The position numbers were made by a program, and so were the translations under genes. This document shows positions 41,350-55,152 of a stretch of 64,000 bases of DNA, in pieces. The stretch is from Nageia nagi (lineage: Eukaryota; Plantae; Pinophyta). The stretch is from assembly GCA_050084985.1 (NCBI GenBank), contig JBITNC010000001.1:172794001-172858000 (forward strand), read 5' to 3'. Positions within the stretch are counted from its first letter, which is position 1, and each line of letters starts with the position of its first letter. A model generated the notes under the pieces. It was not told where the DNA came from. It saw only the letters and a program-made list of their open reading frames with translations, and searched no databases.

Positions 41350-43620
41350 AAAGACACGGAGTCAGGCCCAAATGGTATAAACAATGCCTTCTTCCAAGCC
41401 TTCTAGGATATCAGAGAAAGATGTACGACAAATTTTGGAGGAAGCCAACACCAAGACAGATATCTTGAAATCCCCAAATACCAAAAGTTCTTGTTATCAG
41501 TGAACAAAAAAGCATGAGAAACCGGCAGGAAACCGCGAGTTTGAAATCTGCCAAGTACGAGGGGGGTGAAACTCGGGACTGCCGAGTAATGGCGGGTAAC
41601 TGGCGGGTAACCGGGCGGGAAACTTGTGGTTAACCGGCGGGTAACCAGCTACCGTTGAAACAGAGCCGGATTTTGCCTTTTTTAAGACAGTCAGCCCCCT
41701 CTAATATGCCTATATCATTCCAGTTTGTTCTTTTTCTCCATTTTGCTCATTGTTTTTGCTCTCGAGGTCAGTTTTTGAAGATTCAAAGGTTCAACATCAA
41801 TCTGAAGAGTTTCACTGTGTATTTTTAGCAGTTCACCGCAGATTTCTCAAGAGCTTGTGATCCGGTTGTGTGCTTTTTAATTCTCACCATGCACTGATTG
41901 CAGCACTAGTAGTTTATTACTTTAAATTTAGAGCTAGAGTCTAGAGTCAGTTTTTATTCCAGCACTAGTAGTCTTTAGACTTTACTATTTAGAAATTTAG
42001 AATTAGAACCACTTTACTTTTGAGTTATGAGTTATGACTATATACATTGTTGTATTCACTATTTTTGATGATCATTAATGGTCACAAACAATCAATGATC
42101 ATTTCAGCTCTCTAATTCTGTATCTAAATATGTTTTTGCATTTTGCTTCATAAAATGTTCGTGTTTTTTTTGCCGAGTTTGGTACCAAGTTTTTGCTGAG
42201 TACTCTCCAAATTTTTCCTGGCCGAGTAATTCCCGAGTCTGAGTTTTCCAACCTTGCTTGTTATTACCCCCCCAAATAGTTTAGAACTTTTGGGAGTCTG
42301 CCAAGAAGTAGCTAAGTTTTTTCGAAAATAGATATATTTTCTTTCTCACGGACTGTTAAAGATGCCAAGTCCAAGTATTGACCTTGATCAGCATTGGCTA
42401 AATCCAAGTTTCACAAATATACTCCCAAAGGTTAAAGATGCCCAATACTTTGATTTGTTCAACTTCAAACCGATTTCCCAATTTAACACAACGCACAAAA
42501 TCATTTCAAAAGTATTAGCAAAATTGACTCATAGAAATACTTTCATCAATCATCTCCAATGAACAAGGACGCTTTTTAGCAAGAAAAAAAATTAAATGTG
42601 ATTATAACATTTAAACATTACTTAAGACTCTCTGCTCAACACCGGGGGTAAACAAAGGCAATGATTGTCAAATTGGACATGGAAAAAGATGAGGTAAAAT
42701 AGGTCTTTCTTATGAAAGTGCTCAAAAACTTTGGGTTTGAAAAGAATAGTGTGAATGGGCATGCAGCTGCATTTCTACCTTAACCGTTTCTGCACTGATT
42801 AATGCAAGGGCTACAGGCCTCTCAAGGAAGACCAATATTCGACAAGAGGACCCTTTGTCACCATCTCTCTTTAAACTCAAGGTGGAAGCACTAGGCAGTT
42901 CCTTCTAGGAAAACTCAAACAGGAGAAGAGAATCAATGAACTACAGGTTCAATCAACACATGATGTAACACAGTCAATTCATGGATGATACAATAATGTT
43001 TAGTTAAGCAACAAATATGAAAAATGCCTTTGACCTCTATGAAGATGCAGCACGTCAAATAGACAACAAGCAAAATTCCAAAAAGTACTTCTGAATCTGC
43101 CCCAGTAGAGAAAAGAACATGATTAGTAACCTAGTTGGGATTCCTCGTAGATGAACAACATGATTAGTAACCTAGTTGGGATTCCTCATAGATGAACTTC
43201 TGTACAAGTTCCAACTATCTAGGCACGCCCTTGTTTACAAAGGGAAATGAAAATGCACTTTGACAAGCACTCATTGTCAAAATGAAAAAGAAATCAGAAG
43301 GGTGGACAGGTAAATGGTTGTTTCATGCAGCCAAATATCAACTATTGAAAGCCAGTCTACAAACCCAACCACTATACTGAAGTCCTTGCTAAACATTCCT
43401 GGAAAAACCAAGGTGACTATCCAAAACCTTCAATGTTATTTTCTCTGGTAGGGCACAGAAAAGAAATCAAGAATCCCTCTACTGCTTTGGGATAAGGTAT
43501 GTGGAATCCGCCAATTCACAGCAATGAATAAGGCCCCTAAAGCTGAAGTTCTGTGAAGCATATACAAAAATAAAATAATAAATGGTGTAGAATCCTCCAC
43601 GCAAAATACATTAATGTTGA
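41350..43620 (+). mobile_element. Decayed L1 LINE RT region
   Basis: GPNG...FFQ, FKPISQFNTTHKIISKVLA, IVKLDMEK, RQEDPLSPSLF, QFMDDT, YLGTPL, NKA in correct order. Interrupted by a MITE. Confidence 0.85.
41498..42256. mobile_element. hAT-type MITE (759 bp), CpG-rich ends
   Basis: Perfect 8-bp TSD CTTGTTAT (41490-41497 / 42257-42264) and subterminal CCGAGT / CGGGTAAC repeats. Confidence 0.85.
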
Positions 43621-43829
43621 CATAGATGCTCTTTAGATAAAATTAACATGTAGAAGGATATGACATGAAATTTCCCACATTCATGCAAAAATTTGATAGT
43701 ACACTCAAAAAGCAAGTAAGCAACTTAGACATTACCAAATTTAAACCAACTTAAAAATATGATAGGATGGATCATATTCTTCCCACATTCTTTTTTAAAC
43801 ATTACTAACTTTTAGTATTTTTCTGACCT

Positions 43830-46800
43830 TTGATTCAATGTGGCAAGGTCTCTATATTGGGAGTTTGCGGCATATGATTTAAGCCACCAACTTATAGCGA
43901 TCTTAGGGACCCTCTCTTTCACGAACTTGTGGATGATATCCTTGCTAGATGAGGAGCGCAAAGAGTGGAGAAAGAGGGTTGCACTACATTGTCCAATGGG
44001 TGGAATGATGAGAGGAATAAAAACACTAAGTAATTTTTTGGTTGCTTCTTTTGGAGGAATTGTATTCCTTTAAGTCGATGGAGGCATTGGCAAAAATTAA
44101 AAGTGTCAATCCGTTTACACTGTTGTTGGGGGAGATTGTCTTAGAGGTGGGAGAAAAGAATGTTGTCCAAGTCATCATGGTGAATGCAACAACATATGTA
44201 GTAGCAAAAAATATGTTAGATTAAAGATTTCCCACCATTTTTCAGACACCATTTGCAACCCATTGTCTTGATTTGCTACTTGAAAACATTGGCAAATTAT
44301 CATGGGTGTCGGAGGTTGTGTAGGAGGCCAAAACTATCACAAAATTTATCTACAACCATACGTGGGTCCTCCAGCTGATGAGGCAGTTTAATGGGAGTGA
44401 GCTAGTGTGGGTTGGAGTGACATGCTTCATTACAAACTTTGTGAAATTGCAAAGCCTCTTTGATTCAAAGAAGGCATTGACGAGGATGGGAGCGGAATAC
44501 TAATATTAATAGATATTGATTCTCTAGTGAGTTGCAAAAGATGTATGACTATGTTTTTGACGAGCCTTTTGGATAGCCATAGATGAGGACATCAAGATAC
44601 AAGACAATTTTTTATTTTATTTATTTAATTTTTTTTTACTTTCAAAATTTTGAATTTTTCCTTTTTTGTCAAGTATCAAAAGCCTTTGTCTTGTTGATTG
44701 AGAAAAATCACCAATGGGATATGTATACGAGGCTATGGATAGGGCAAAAGCGGCAACCGCATCATTTTATAATTATTCCCAACACAAATACTATCCTATT
44801 AGGGAAAATATTGACCGACGATGGACATCTCAGCTCCATAGCCCTCTTCATGTAGCGGGGTACTACCTCAACCCCAATTTTTTTATGTTGATTTCTTTGA
44901 TCCTAATTATGATGTGATGGCAGGCCTTCAATATGCTTTGACTACATGGTGCCTAATGAGGAAATTAGTAAGATACAGAATCAGCTACAAGCTTATAAGA
45001 GATGTGACAACATCCTTTTCAAATCCTCATAGAGCATTCAAGCAAGGTCAACTTTGAGACTGTGACCTTGATTGAACTATTATTTATTTTGTCTTTGATT
45101 TTGTTTTAAAAAATAATCTAAATTTATAATTTTAGATGTGAAGTATTAATTTTCCTTTTTCTTGGCTTTTTCTAAATTTATGGTGGGAGTACCTTGATGC
45201 ATGTACACCCAACCTACAATGCTTCGCCATAAAAGTTTTATGCCAACCATGCAGCTTTCCAGGTTGTGAACACAATTTGAGTATTTTTTAGCACATACAC
45301 TCCAAGAAGTGGAACAAAACTCACACAATAGAAGTTGAATGATCTTGTTTTTGTTCATTACAACCTTTGCCTCCCCATAAACAAATTGTGGGATCAAATC
45401 ACAAGGCCATTGACCTAGATGAGATTGATCCATCACCTAAATGGATCATAGAGCACAAGCACAAGCAACAGCAAGATCCTTCCCCATGGATGATTTTGAA
45501 AACATGGTGAAATAGTTAGCAGCCAGGACATAGGAAGAAAAACATGCACACAAGGCATGGACATCCACATATCCATAGGGAGATTAGAGCTTATTCTAGG
45601 GAAAAAGGCAAAGGAATTGCAAAATATTTAGGCATTGTATTTGTCATGAGTTATGATACATTTTATAATTTATATTTTATATATTTTTTCTATTATAAGC
45701 AATACAAGAATATGCCCCTTCCTATTCATGATATTCTTATGAGTTATAAGCTTGTATCATTTACTGTAATAGACAAACCAAAATTAATATAGAAAATTAC
45801 AAATAACTTCAAACCCTAGTTCAGAAAAATAGACACAAATATGTAGAAGCCTGATTTTAATTCCAACAATGATGCAATACAGTTCTGATCTACCCAGATG
45901 GGTAAGTGAAACTGAAACAGAAGATTTTACCAATGAACAACATATCTGGCCCCTAGGGCAGGATCTGACACAAAATAAACACGAAAAAAAACAGCCTTGA
46001 TGACCTCTTCTCTCAGATCTGATTGCTGCAATTCTTTCCCAGAGTTTGACAATAAAGAACAAATACAAACCCTGAGTACCTTTGTCCTCAAATGGTTAGT
46101 TAGCTCTCTCAAGTCTCCAATGTTGAATCCAATGGCAACCCCAATCACAGTTGCTAATCACAGCAAGAGTGCCAATATCAATTCTCGAAATAATATCCAC
46201 AAGCATCCTTACAAATGAGATGTCTCATCCTTATATAGGCTTCCCTTCTCAATGGCTAATTAAATCTTGTCCCTTAGATCCAATATGAAATCATGAATGG
46301 TGTGGATCTCACCTTGGAAACAATGAATTTCGCGTATAATTCATTTAGTGCCAAAAATAGTCTCTAACAAGCCCACATCTTGCTAGAACAACCCCTGACA
46401 CCTATCGCTAAGTTGTATACATGCATTGGGACCCTTCACTAGGCTAGATCTAGTCATACACAGCTGACTTCATAGATAGAAGTGCCTCTTTATGTCTTGA
46501 AATGGATAACCTTATCCTCACTTTAGTATTGGAACTTGTGATTTTCGTTTTTACACTTGCCAAGGTAATAAATACACTTGGAACTTGTGATTTTCGTTTT
46601 CACACTTGCCAAGGTAATAAATACACTTGGTCTTTATGTTTAACACATGACTAAACACAAAACTAAGCATATCAAACAATATTTACATCATACCTAGCAT
46701 AAATATGCCAAAATCATAATAAACTCCTCTCAAAAATACAAAAACGTCTACAAGACTAAAAGCATTTAATAATGCCTTATTCTAACCACAAACTTCTCCT

Positions 46801-47137
46801 AATACCACAATTAACTCTGCTAACCCATATACTAACATTAAAACTTGTCAAAAAATACTAATACTCCTCTCAAGGGTGGACATTCCTCTCTTAGAAACTC
46901 ACAATAAGTCCAAACATGGAAGACACATTATTTACAAAACTGGAAAATATTTGGGACATCACATTTACACTATTAATTTTTTATTTGTATAGCGTTAATT
47001 GATTGTGATTTGCATGATAAAAACTTTTTTTTTAATAAAAAAATGCATTTTCTTTGAGGTTTTTTTTGACGAATCCCAAGTTCAGGGCCCAAGTTGGCCT
47101 TTTTGTGTCCAAGCTGAGTTCAAGTTTCTCATCTATG
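43830..47137 (+). mobile_element. hAT transposon fossil of the same family as 9337-13410; right end present, left end lost
   Basis: NFLVASFGGIV, EVGEKNVVQVI, MGYVYEAMDRAK, RRWTSQLHSPLHVAGYYLNP, and the dimerisation domain (SQPCS, LNDLVFVHYNL). Terminal GTTTCTCATCTATG is the reverse complement of the 9337 TIR with 1 mismatch. Confidence 0.9.
45765..46963 (-). mobile_element. Solo LTR (1199 bp)
   Basis: TGTAAT...ATCACA ends with a perfect 5-bp TSD TTTAC (45760-45764 / 46964-46968). TATA-like motif on the minus strand near 46235; internal 50-bp duplication at ~46528-46630. Confidence 0.82.
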
Positions 47138-49593
47138 ATTGATAGTATTAAGGTCGATTCTCAAGCATAAAAGTTAGTGAATGATAAATCTATAAATAGG
47201 TGATATTGTGAATGCAGTATACTGATTTCTTATCTGAGATTTTTATTTTTGCATTTGTTACTGCTAGTCTTCTGCTGTTAATTTATGCGAATTATTATGC
47301 TAGATTTCTTTATGTGATAAGCGTTTCCTTGTACACTTTTAAATGCAATGATGCAAAAAATTGAATCAGCACTACCCTCTTTCCAAAATCTCATTCTCTT
47401 GCATGCATATAGAACAGCAAATGCAACAGTCCTCACAAATGCAGAATAATGAAGCCTCATCTCAGTATAAGCAAATAATGAGAACACGAAGTAAAAGCTC
47501 TAGTAGATAATGATAAGAGAACTCACATATTAGCCAGCCACAATCTACTAATACAAACTTAGAACAAAATGATATCCATGTACACAATGAAGACTGGCTT
47601 TCTGATCTCTTCTCAAGGAGTGAAAACTTGTAAATATCTTAAAATGATCCATAGAAAGATGAATATGTACAGCACATGGCAAAAGAGCACACACATCTCC
47701 TTCCAAAAACAAATTTCAGGACAGGTTGCAATGGGACCCGCAAGACTTGGAGACTACACTCACACAAAGCAATGGAGACTTAGATAACGGAAAGACTCAT
47801 AATCAGAGAAAAAACAGAACCAAAGAGACAGCAAAATCGATTAGGTGTCATAGAAGAGTAATAGATAAAAGGTGATCTCAAACAAAAAGAAGACATAACA
47901 TTTGTGCATCCCACCATTTGAATCAACAGCACAGATCAATTTGCCTCGATAAACAGAAAACAAGGTGGAATTAGGAACAAACATGCAGGTACTATGTTAC
48001 TATAATACAAAGATCTCCCATAACTCAAATACTTGAAAAGAAAGCTTAATTAAGATTTGCCGCAAACAGCTTTCCCTTAAGGCAAGGCTAATTGAGAATG
48101 CCTTCGGTAAGCAAAACCAAGACAAACAACAGCCCACATACCAAATGCATAAAATGCCACAAAGCTTGCATGGAAAAGGCTAAACTTAATCAAGACAAAG
48201 CAATGAATAAAAAGATTAAGAAAGGTTAAAGTATATCAACATTAAAAGACAAAATTAAATATGGCATGAGGATGAAATTAAGAAAACGTTAAGCCTTGGA
48301 GAGCCACATGCCTGTAATTGGAAATCAGATCTCTCTTGCACAAACAAATTGTCACAGAATTCAAGAGTGGCCACTTCTCCCTCGATGGGATCTAAACAAA
48401 ACCTCTCTAAAGATTGATAAAGAAACAGACAACAATCCTCAACGCCATAGAGCACAATATCGAATCAGTAAACCCTCACTTGGCAGTACTTCACCACCAT
48501 GGCGAAAATGTTCAAGTGGAAGAAGCCAATGTCTAGATGCATGCAATGACTATCAGCCAAACCAAACATGTAATACATGCTGCTTATTAGCCTACAAAGT
48601 AAGCAAGTTGTCAACAAGAAGGTCAAAGGCGCCAAGGAGGAGCTTATGGAAACAAAAAACATTGAGAAAATAATCATTGACTATTTCGAAAAAAGAAAGA
48701 AAAGAAGTGACTACTGTCACCTCCACACCACTAATGGGCTACAGAGGAAAATGAAGCAAAAACTTGGAAGGATTGAAGATGTGAAGCAGGACTGAAGATG
48801 TGATACAAATCCCAACTGCCACCGATTGCCATGCACAACATATGAGATGGCACAATGTGGCTGCAGCATAGCAATGAATTCGGTTAAGCAATGGTAGATA
48901 GAAAACTTAGGGGTTCATTTTAAGTTGACACAGCAGAACTGGAAATTCTAAACATGAAACAAAACTTGAAAGAGAAGGAACAAAAGATTACTGTTCTTTG
49001 ACCACATTCATAAAGTAAAAGAAACTTTACTAAGAAGGTTTGGATGACTTTTCTAAGAAGGTATGGCATCCAAAATTGGGCAAATTCTTCCAAGAGAAGC
49101 ATGAATTCTACATTTAACCATAATGTAGTCTTTTTTTTTACTACATATACACTAGGATACTACACACTTACCCAAGGCTCAAAGACCATTCCTTTAGTAG
49201 AAATGTGATCAACATTCAAGATCACTAACCTTTGCTCTTGCAGAGGTTTCATTCTTCCAGGACAGAGAAATAACAGCCCTTGTTACGCCTAGTGCCAAGA
49301 TTTTAGGTGTTAAGAAGGATGCTGAACCTTAGCAAGCCAGTACAAAAGCTATGATTCTAGAAGTGTGTGCTACTATGTTAGAGGACCCCTCAAATTAGTT
49401 AGCCTAAAGTAGCTTTTCTTGGAAATGTTCAAGTAATATGTGCTTCATAGGTTCCCAAAAACAGAAAAAGTTAAAAAAGGATAAATGCCCATAAATTTTG
49501 TAAACTGATAATATAAAACATCGTGAGATATATGTTAGTAGTTCTTAATGAAGCTAAAGAACTAGATGCTGGCATCTGCTACCATGAACTTAC

Positions 49594-50987
49594 TCAGAAA
49601 TCTTGCCAGTCCAGTCTGGAACATCTGCCTGAAACGCATTGGCTATTCGAACTTGGGTTGTGTAAGGCTCGCTATCTTCCAGCATACGTGAAAAAAGTTC
49701 AGCTCTATCTGGAGCTGATTTGTTTACAATATTTTGGTGACATTTGCTTTCTATGAGGCGCTTATTTCCTGATTTCTTCCTTTTTCTCTTGCAAAATTGG
49801 CAATACCAATCATCTTCAACAGGCACTGATTTTACTTTAGGATTACAGCATGACATGTGGAATGCTTCATCACACATATCACAAATGAGAGTTCTTGTTG
49901 AATCTTCTAAAGAACCACATATTTTACACAATTGTGGAAAATTACCATCACCAACTACACCTGGATGTCCTGCAGCCGTGCACTCTCTTGAAGGCACAAA
50001 CCATCCAAGCAAACCAGATTCTTTCAGCACAGAAATGCACCATTCTTTTTCAGGATCAGTCTCTCGAGATAAATGGGTAACACCAACACATGAGTTGCAT
50101 TCGGGCACATCAGTTAAGTCATGTTTAACAGAAGCTGCAATTTGCCCCAAATTACAATCAGAGATATCATAAGATGAACTGCTCTGAACTTGTAAACTCG
50201 TAGAATCCTCCTCAATGACGGATCTGTTTTCTGAACTAGTCTCTTCAACATCAATAATATCCATGTCTGTCCTTCCTGTTTCTAATAGCAAATCTGAAGA
50301 TCCTCTTAGATATGATGAAATGCCTTCACTACCAGGTATCTCACAATCAACACCATTTTCTGCAGACAGATTGTATTTCTTCCCCTTTGAGAGCCCATTT
50401 GACTGACTGTTTAAGTCATTTGTTTCTGACTGCAAAAAGATCATTGAATATCCAATATAAGGGAAAGAAAAGGCACTTATATCATGACATTTAATATCAT
50501 CATAGCACTGAGAAAAATTAGCCAAATACTCTTTTCCATCATCTATCTGAGTTTCTTTTGGCAGAAGTGTAACCGAATTTCCCTGTAACTTTCTACGCTT
50601 ATATACATAGCTATGCTTCTGCAAAGAATTTCTAGATTTGTCCTCCGTAGGGGATGAATCCAAACACAATTCTCGACATGTTGGAACGTCAGAAATGGCA
50701 TTTTCATCCTGCTCATCTTCAATCACAATTGGATTTTTCTTTTCACCAATATGCTGTAAATTTAACCCATTTTCTAATCTTGCACGCAAATATGCTTCAC
50801 TACCTGTGTATGACTGGAGAAACTCCTTCCGTTGCAGTGTGGAATGGCCTGAAACAAAACTCAAAGCAGCTCTGATGGAACTAGGAAGGCAACCTTCTGA
50901 ACTCGTTTGATCTGGACCAACATTTCCTGAAGCAATCATGGAGCTTTCAGCAGATGAAACTGCCAAAGAGCTTGATACTCCTTCCAT
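49594..50987 (-). CDS. PHD finger / ELM2-like / zf-CW-like chromatin protein (AT2G19260-like family), coding exon 1
   Basis: The 465-aa ORF contains a C4HC3 PHD finger (CKICG...LICDMCDEAFHMSCC...DWYCQFC) followed by an ELM2-like start (VRIANAFQADVPDW). It ends at the donor GA|gtaagt (49594/49593, phase 2). An in-frame TGA lies directly before the ATG, and an acceptor tgtttag|G at 51046/51045 indicates a 5'-UTR intron. Confidence 0.93.
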
Positions 50988-51831
50988 TCAGGCAACGTAT
51001 GTAGCTTGATTTGCTAACAGTGCACAAACGGAACAATTTGAAGGCCTAAACACAACAAAATCAACACCATTGTTAGAAACTAATGCATGAGCTAGGTCAG
51101 CACCAAGTTAAACAAGCTTCCTGTAACAAAGGAAACTAACATTCATGACCATAAAAATCTGCGATACCAGATTCCGCCCAAATCTTGCAGCAATTCAATC
51201 CAAATTTTGTTGATCTGCGAGCAGGCACAGCATTAATAAAACATTTGATGACATTGGCAGAAGCAGTCTCCAGAAAAAGATTGCAGTAAAATTCATCAAA
51301 GCACACGTTAAAGGGCCTGAATTACACTACCCTACTTTGCAAAAGAGTATCAAAAAAATGATTTGCCCATGTACTGCATAACCATTTGCACATAAATATT
51401 TGAAACAAGTGTAAAACATTCATATGAACAGTGTACACAAAGAACACAACCAAAACACTCTTAACGAGGAACATTGATAGGATACAGGGGCATCCTATAT
51501 ATTAAGAAAAGTATTCACATTATTTGAGAATTACAGGTGCATTCATCGGAACATTCTAGAATAAACAAGCTCAATTACCAGATACTGTTTCCACAAAACT
51601 AGCAAATGGATCCAAATAGCAAGTTGATCCATAGCAATGGGGTAAGAGAGTATGGTCATACAGGATATTATAAAGTTAGGGTTCTTTTTGTAGGCTGAAG
51701 CAACATGACAAAAGAAAATACTGGAAAACATAAAGAAAATTTGTAAGTCTAAAACTCCAAAGATTAACAGTATTTGTTTCTCAAAGTATAAAATATTATG
51801 CTCTTGTGAATACTAATGCATGTGCACAGCA

Positions 51832-54510
51832 AAATAAAACACTTACATAAATACATTTTAAATAGCAAAAATGCAAGTTTAAGTGTCTAAAGATTGCCCT
51901 TTTGGGGTTGTGGTCAAGGAGAGAACTCAAGACAACATGCCCCAAAATATTAAAGAATATAGAGATTGATGAAGACTTGCGCAATTGCCCCTCTTGTGAT
52001 CTTATCCTTGCCCCAAGGGTAGGCGAAAGTATGGATGAGCACATCTTTTCAAAGCGAAGTGAATGGTATAGATTGCCCATTGTTCTTTAAGGTGCTTATG
52101 AAGATCTATGCTGAACAAGCATCTTAAGGCAAAAAGTGTTAGATGAAAAGCCAATGAAAAATGCTGAAAATTATTTTTACCTTGACAAATTGCGGTTTTC
52201 ATGTTAAGGTGTTGTTCAAGATAATTCAGGATTTTTGAAAAGCTGAAAGATAATCCTGAAAATGATACTTTTGATGGTAAAATTGGTGAATAATTATGAG
52301 ATGCCCCTTGTATTAGGCAATTGAAGCTTGTGTTTTGGCTGATAGTCCTGAAAATATGGAACATAAATGCACTTTTTGAAAGTTAGTACAAATTGAAAAT
52401 GAGCATGTAAGAGATAAATTGATGAAAATTGTTTGTTGGTATTTTGCATAAAAATCAAGGTGAATTGGCTTTGAAAAAGCATTTTAACAAAACATTAGTG
52501 TTCTAAGCACTGGAAGCTAATTGTTGTCATTTTGGGTGCTTAAGAACATAACGTTCATGTTATGGGATTTAGGTCCCAAAATGTTAAGGATTTGGGCATC
52601 AAATGGTTGAATGTTGGCATTTTGGGATTCAAACTACAATTTTACGAAACTTCCAACATGGCTTCCAAAGAATTCCAAGATGACTACAATGCAATCCATT
52701 TTTGAAGTATTGCCTAAGTGGTGAGATTTTAATGCTAAGAATCATGTACCATTTAAAATGATATGACAAATGATAAAATATTTCCAAAAAGAAGTCATAA
52801 AAGGAGGGCCATTGAATGGAAAACTCAATTCAATTGTGCAGCAACTATTGTAAAGAGTAGGAGAGAAATGAATGGAAGAGTTTTGTAACATACCTTGAGT
52901 TTTCTAATTTTGTGAGCTTATGGGGGAATTTAAGAATTTCTACACAACACATCATTAGATTATGATAAAAAGATTCATACCTATTGATATGGGATGAAAA
53001 CCATCTACTAGATCAGACAGGAAGGCCAATTTGATCAGAGGGCTACCAAAAGATTGTTACATTAGTTGTAATTTTGAATTTTTTTTTAATTTTTGTTTTA
53101 GATTTTTTTATTATTTTGTTGTTTTTAGTAAATTTATTTTACATTTTTTGAGAAGTCGCTTCAAGGGGAATTGTAGCCTTAATGGCACACACCTTGGGGT
53201 GGAATTAGGGTTGATTCTAGCACATCGGCCAAAATGCCCATATTCTTCCCAAATCACCTACAGTTTGGGTTGTGATGCCCAAATCGTCCACATTTTAATC
53301 ATGAATAGCTTAAGGCATGTCGGATGAAGTGAAAGTATGATTTTTTGTTGTTTGTTTCTCTTGAATTTGCTGATTTTTCTACTATTTTTTGTTGAATTTC
53401 ATGCAAGCACAACAAGTAGCAAGAATTTCATGAACTACACAAAGCATTGCCATCAAGACTGTGTGACAATATGACCTTACTATTGATAAGATCATGGTGT
53501 TAAAGGTTGTTTCCCTATTACCAATGCTCCAGGTGGCACATTTAGTCTCTGATTATGTAACAAAGAGAAGGGATCCCAATACCAACACTCTCCATTTACC
53601 TACAAGAAAGTTGATTGTCACATTGGAGGATGTATATTGAATTATGTCTCTCCAACCGTGGAAGGAAAATGTACCTTGAGACAGTTTCCTCATAAGAATA
53701 AGGGGGAAAACTAGCGAAGTACCTAACAAGGTCAAGGCGGTACAACCATGAGAAGCATAGTTATTCATATGTTGCATCTGCTAGCCTTTCTGAGGGTTTT
53801 CCTCAGATTCGCCTAATCATCTATGCTATCTTATCATCTGTTATCTATCATAATAAGAGTAATGAGACTTTTTCAACTGGCATGGTGTATATTGTGTGGG
53901 CTATGATACCAAAGCAAAAGTGTCATGCCTGGGGTGCTACCACTTTGGGGCATTTATATCATGATCTTTTACTTTTCACAATGAAAGGGGGCAAGAATAT
54001 TATCCATTCCACTTTACTACAAATTCAAGTATGGGAGCACATAAATGTTCATCCATGAGGGATTCCATTTTTTGTTGATGACATTGAGCTACCTTTTTGA
54101 TCGAAATGGACTCCTTTTGATTGCAAAAAGGATGCATAAAATATCAAGCATTGGAACTATGTGTTAGATGCATTGATAGAGGAGTAGATGGGAAGGAGAC
54201 CCTATGTTTGTTTGGCAAGGGAGATAGCTTCCATGAGTCGAATCGTGTTTGGTGGAGTTGTTGGCTACAAAGTCTAACACATATTCATGGAGTTGTACTA
54301 CCCATAGAAAGCATTGAGGCAGTTTGAGTTGCCTCAAGATGTACCAAGGAGGCTCCATATATAGCTCACTATGCTACAAAGAAAGATCATCTCGAGGGGC
54401 CATCCATTCTTCCACTTGGGCAATCAATTGGGAGAAGCTTGGTTGTTGTTCTCCAACAGATACTATTAAGGATACAACTAGTCTTGAATGTCCATATGCA
54501 TACAAAGATT
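51832..54510 (+). repeat. Left arm of a long inverted repeat
   Basis: Aligns in reverse complement, block by block, with 61846-60521, 59001-58173 and 54841-54700 at roughly 75-80% by eye. About 500 bp (~52790-53290) has no partner. Confidence 0.9.
53400..54510 (+). pseudogene. Plant mobile domain (PMD, aminotransferase-like / MAIN-MAIL type) pseudogene, left arm
   Basis: Translated fragments RDPNTNTLHLPTRKLIVTLEDVY, HAWGATTLGHLYHDL, LLQIQVWEHI and ALRQFELPQDVP match hallmark PMD motifs (ERWxxxTxTFHLPxGExTxTLEDV, YAWGxAxLAxLY, LLQxWxWE, RVxRQFG). Confidence 0.88.
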
Positions 54511-54841
54511 TGCAAATGTTTGTGAGACCATAGCCAATTGGTTTCCATGAGAAGGATCCCATGGATGTTGGAACGCAAGTAGCTAGTGCTCAACCCAATG
54601 GTAGTACGAAGTATGACAACAAGGAGGGCAATGAGGAAGAGCTTTGAGGGTGCTTCATTTTTTGTGGTTAGGGTAGACTATTCATGGCAATAGGGTGATT
54701 CCTATATGCATATGTAAATTGAGGATCAATTGTATCCTCATCAATGTCTACAAGTGTATCGCAACCAAGCTCCTCCCAATCAACAATTCATGACAAGCTA
54801 TGTATTGAGCCTCCTCTGGTATATCCTAGGGCAACTCAAAC

Positions 54842-55150
54842 TGTTGGAATTATACCCTACATATCCCTGAGTCCTAAGTTATTAGGATTAATTAATTAGG
54901 ACTAAAGTATTTTCCCTAAAGTATTTCCCTAAAGTCTAAAGTCTAGGATTAAATACTTAGGGTATATTCCTTGTGGTTTATTGTTATAACAAGTAATTTG
55001 TCATGTAGTGATCTAAGGGTGATACGTATAGTGTGAGTTGTTTATGAGAATATTATTCTCAACTTATTATTTTGTCTTGTAATGGCTTTCTTAAGCCTAT
55101 AAATATGTAACTCATTTTGATGAATATAGAAGAACATTTTGGTTCTCTCA
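54842..55150 (+). repeat. 5' LTR
   Basis: TGTTGGAATT...GGTTCTCTCA, containing CCTATAAATA near 55096-55105. Confidence 0.97.
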
Positions 55151-55152
55151 AT

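Noticed and set aside
9337-47137. A single 38-kb hAT element that captured host exons
   Set aside because: The flanking 8-mers do not form a TSD, and the two fossils contain overlapping transposase regions.
47500-49100. Cluster of short ORFs (up to 125 aa)
   Set aside because: No convincing motif or splice pattern; probably an old unclassified repeat.
49590-49593. Stop codon ending the 465-aa ORF
   Set aside because: The TAA is part of the donor gtaagt, and downstream exons continue the conserved protein.
49744-50910. Plus-strand ORFs overlapping exon 1, and the minus-strand ORFs within 56370-57138
   Set aside because: Antisense shadows of real long ORFs, with no independent motifs.
54869-54903. 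Hairpin-like AGTCCTAA...TTAGGACT in the LTR
   Set aside because: Short AT-rich inverted repeats are common in LTR U3 regions, and there is no evidence of a separate function.
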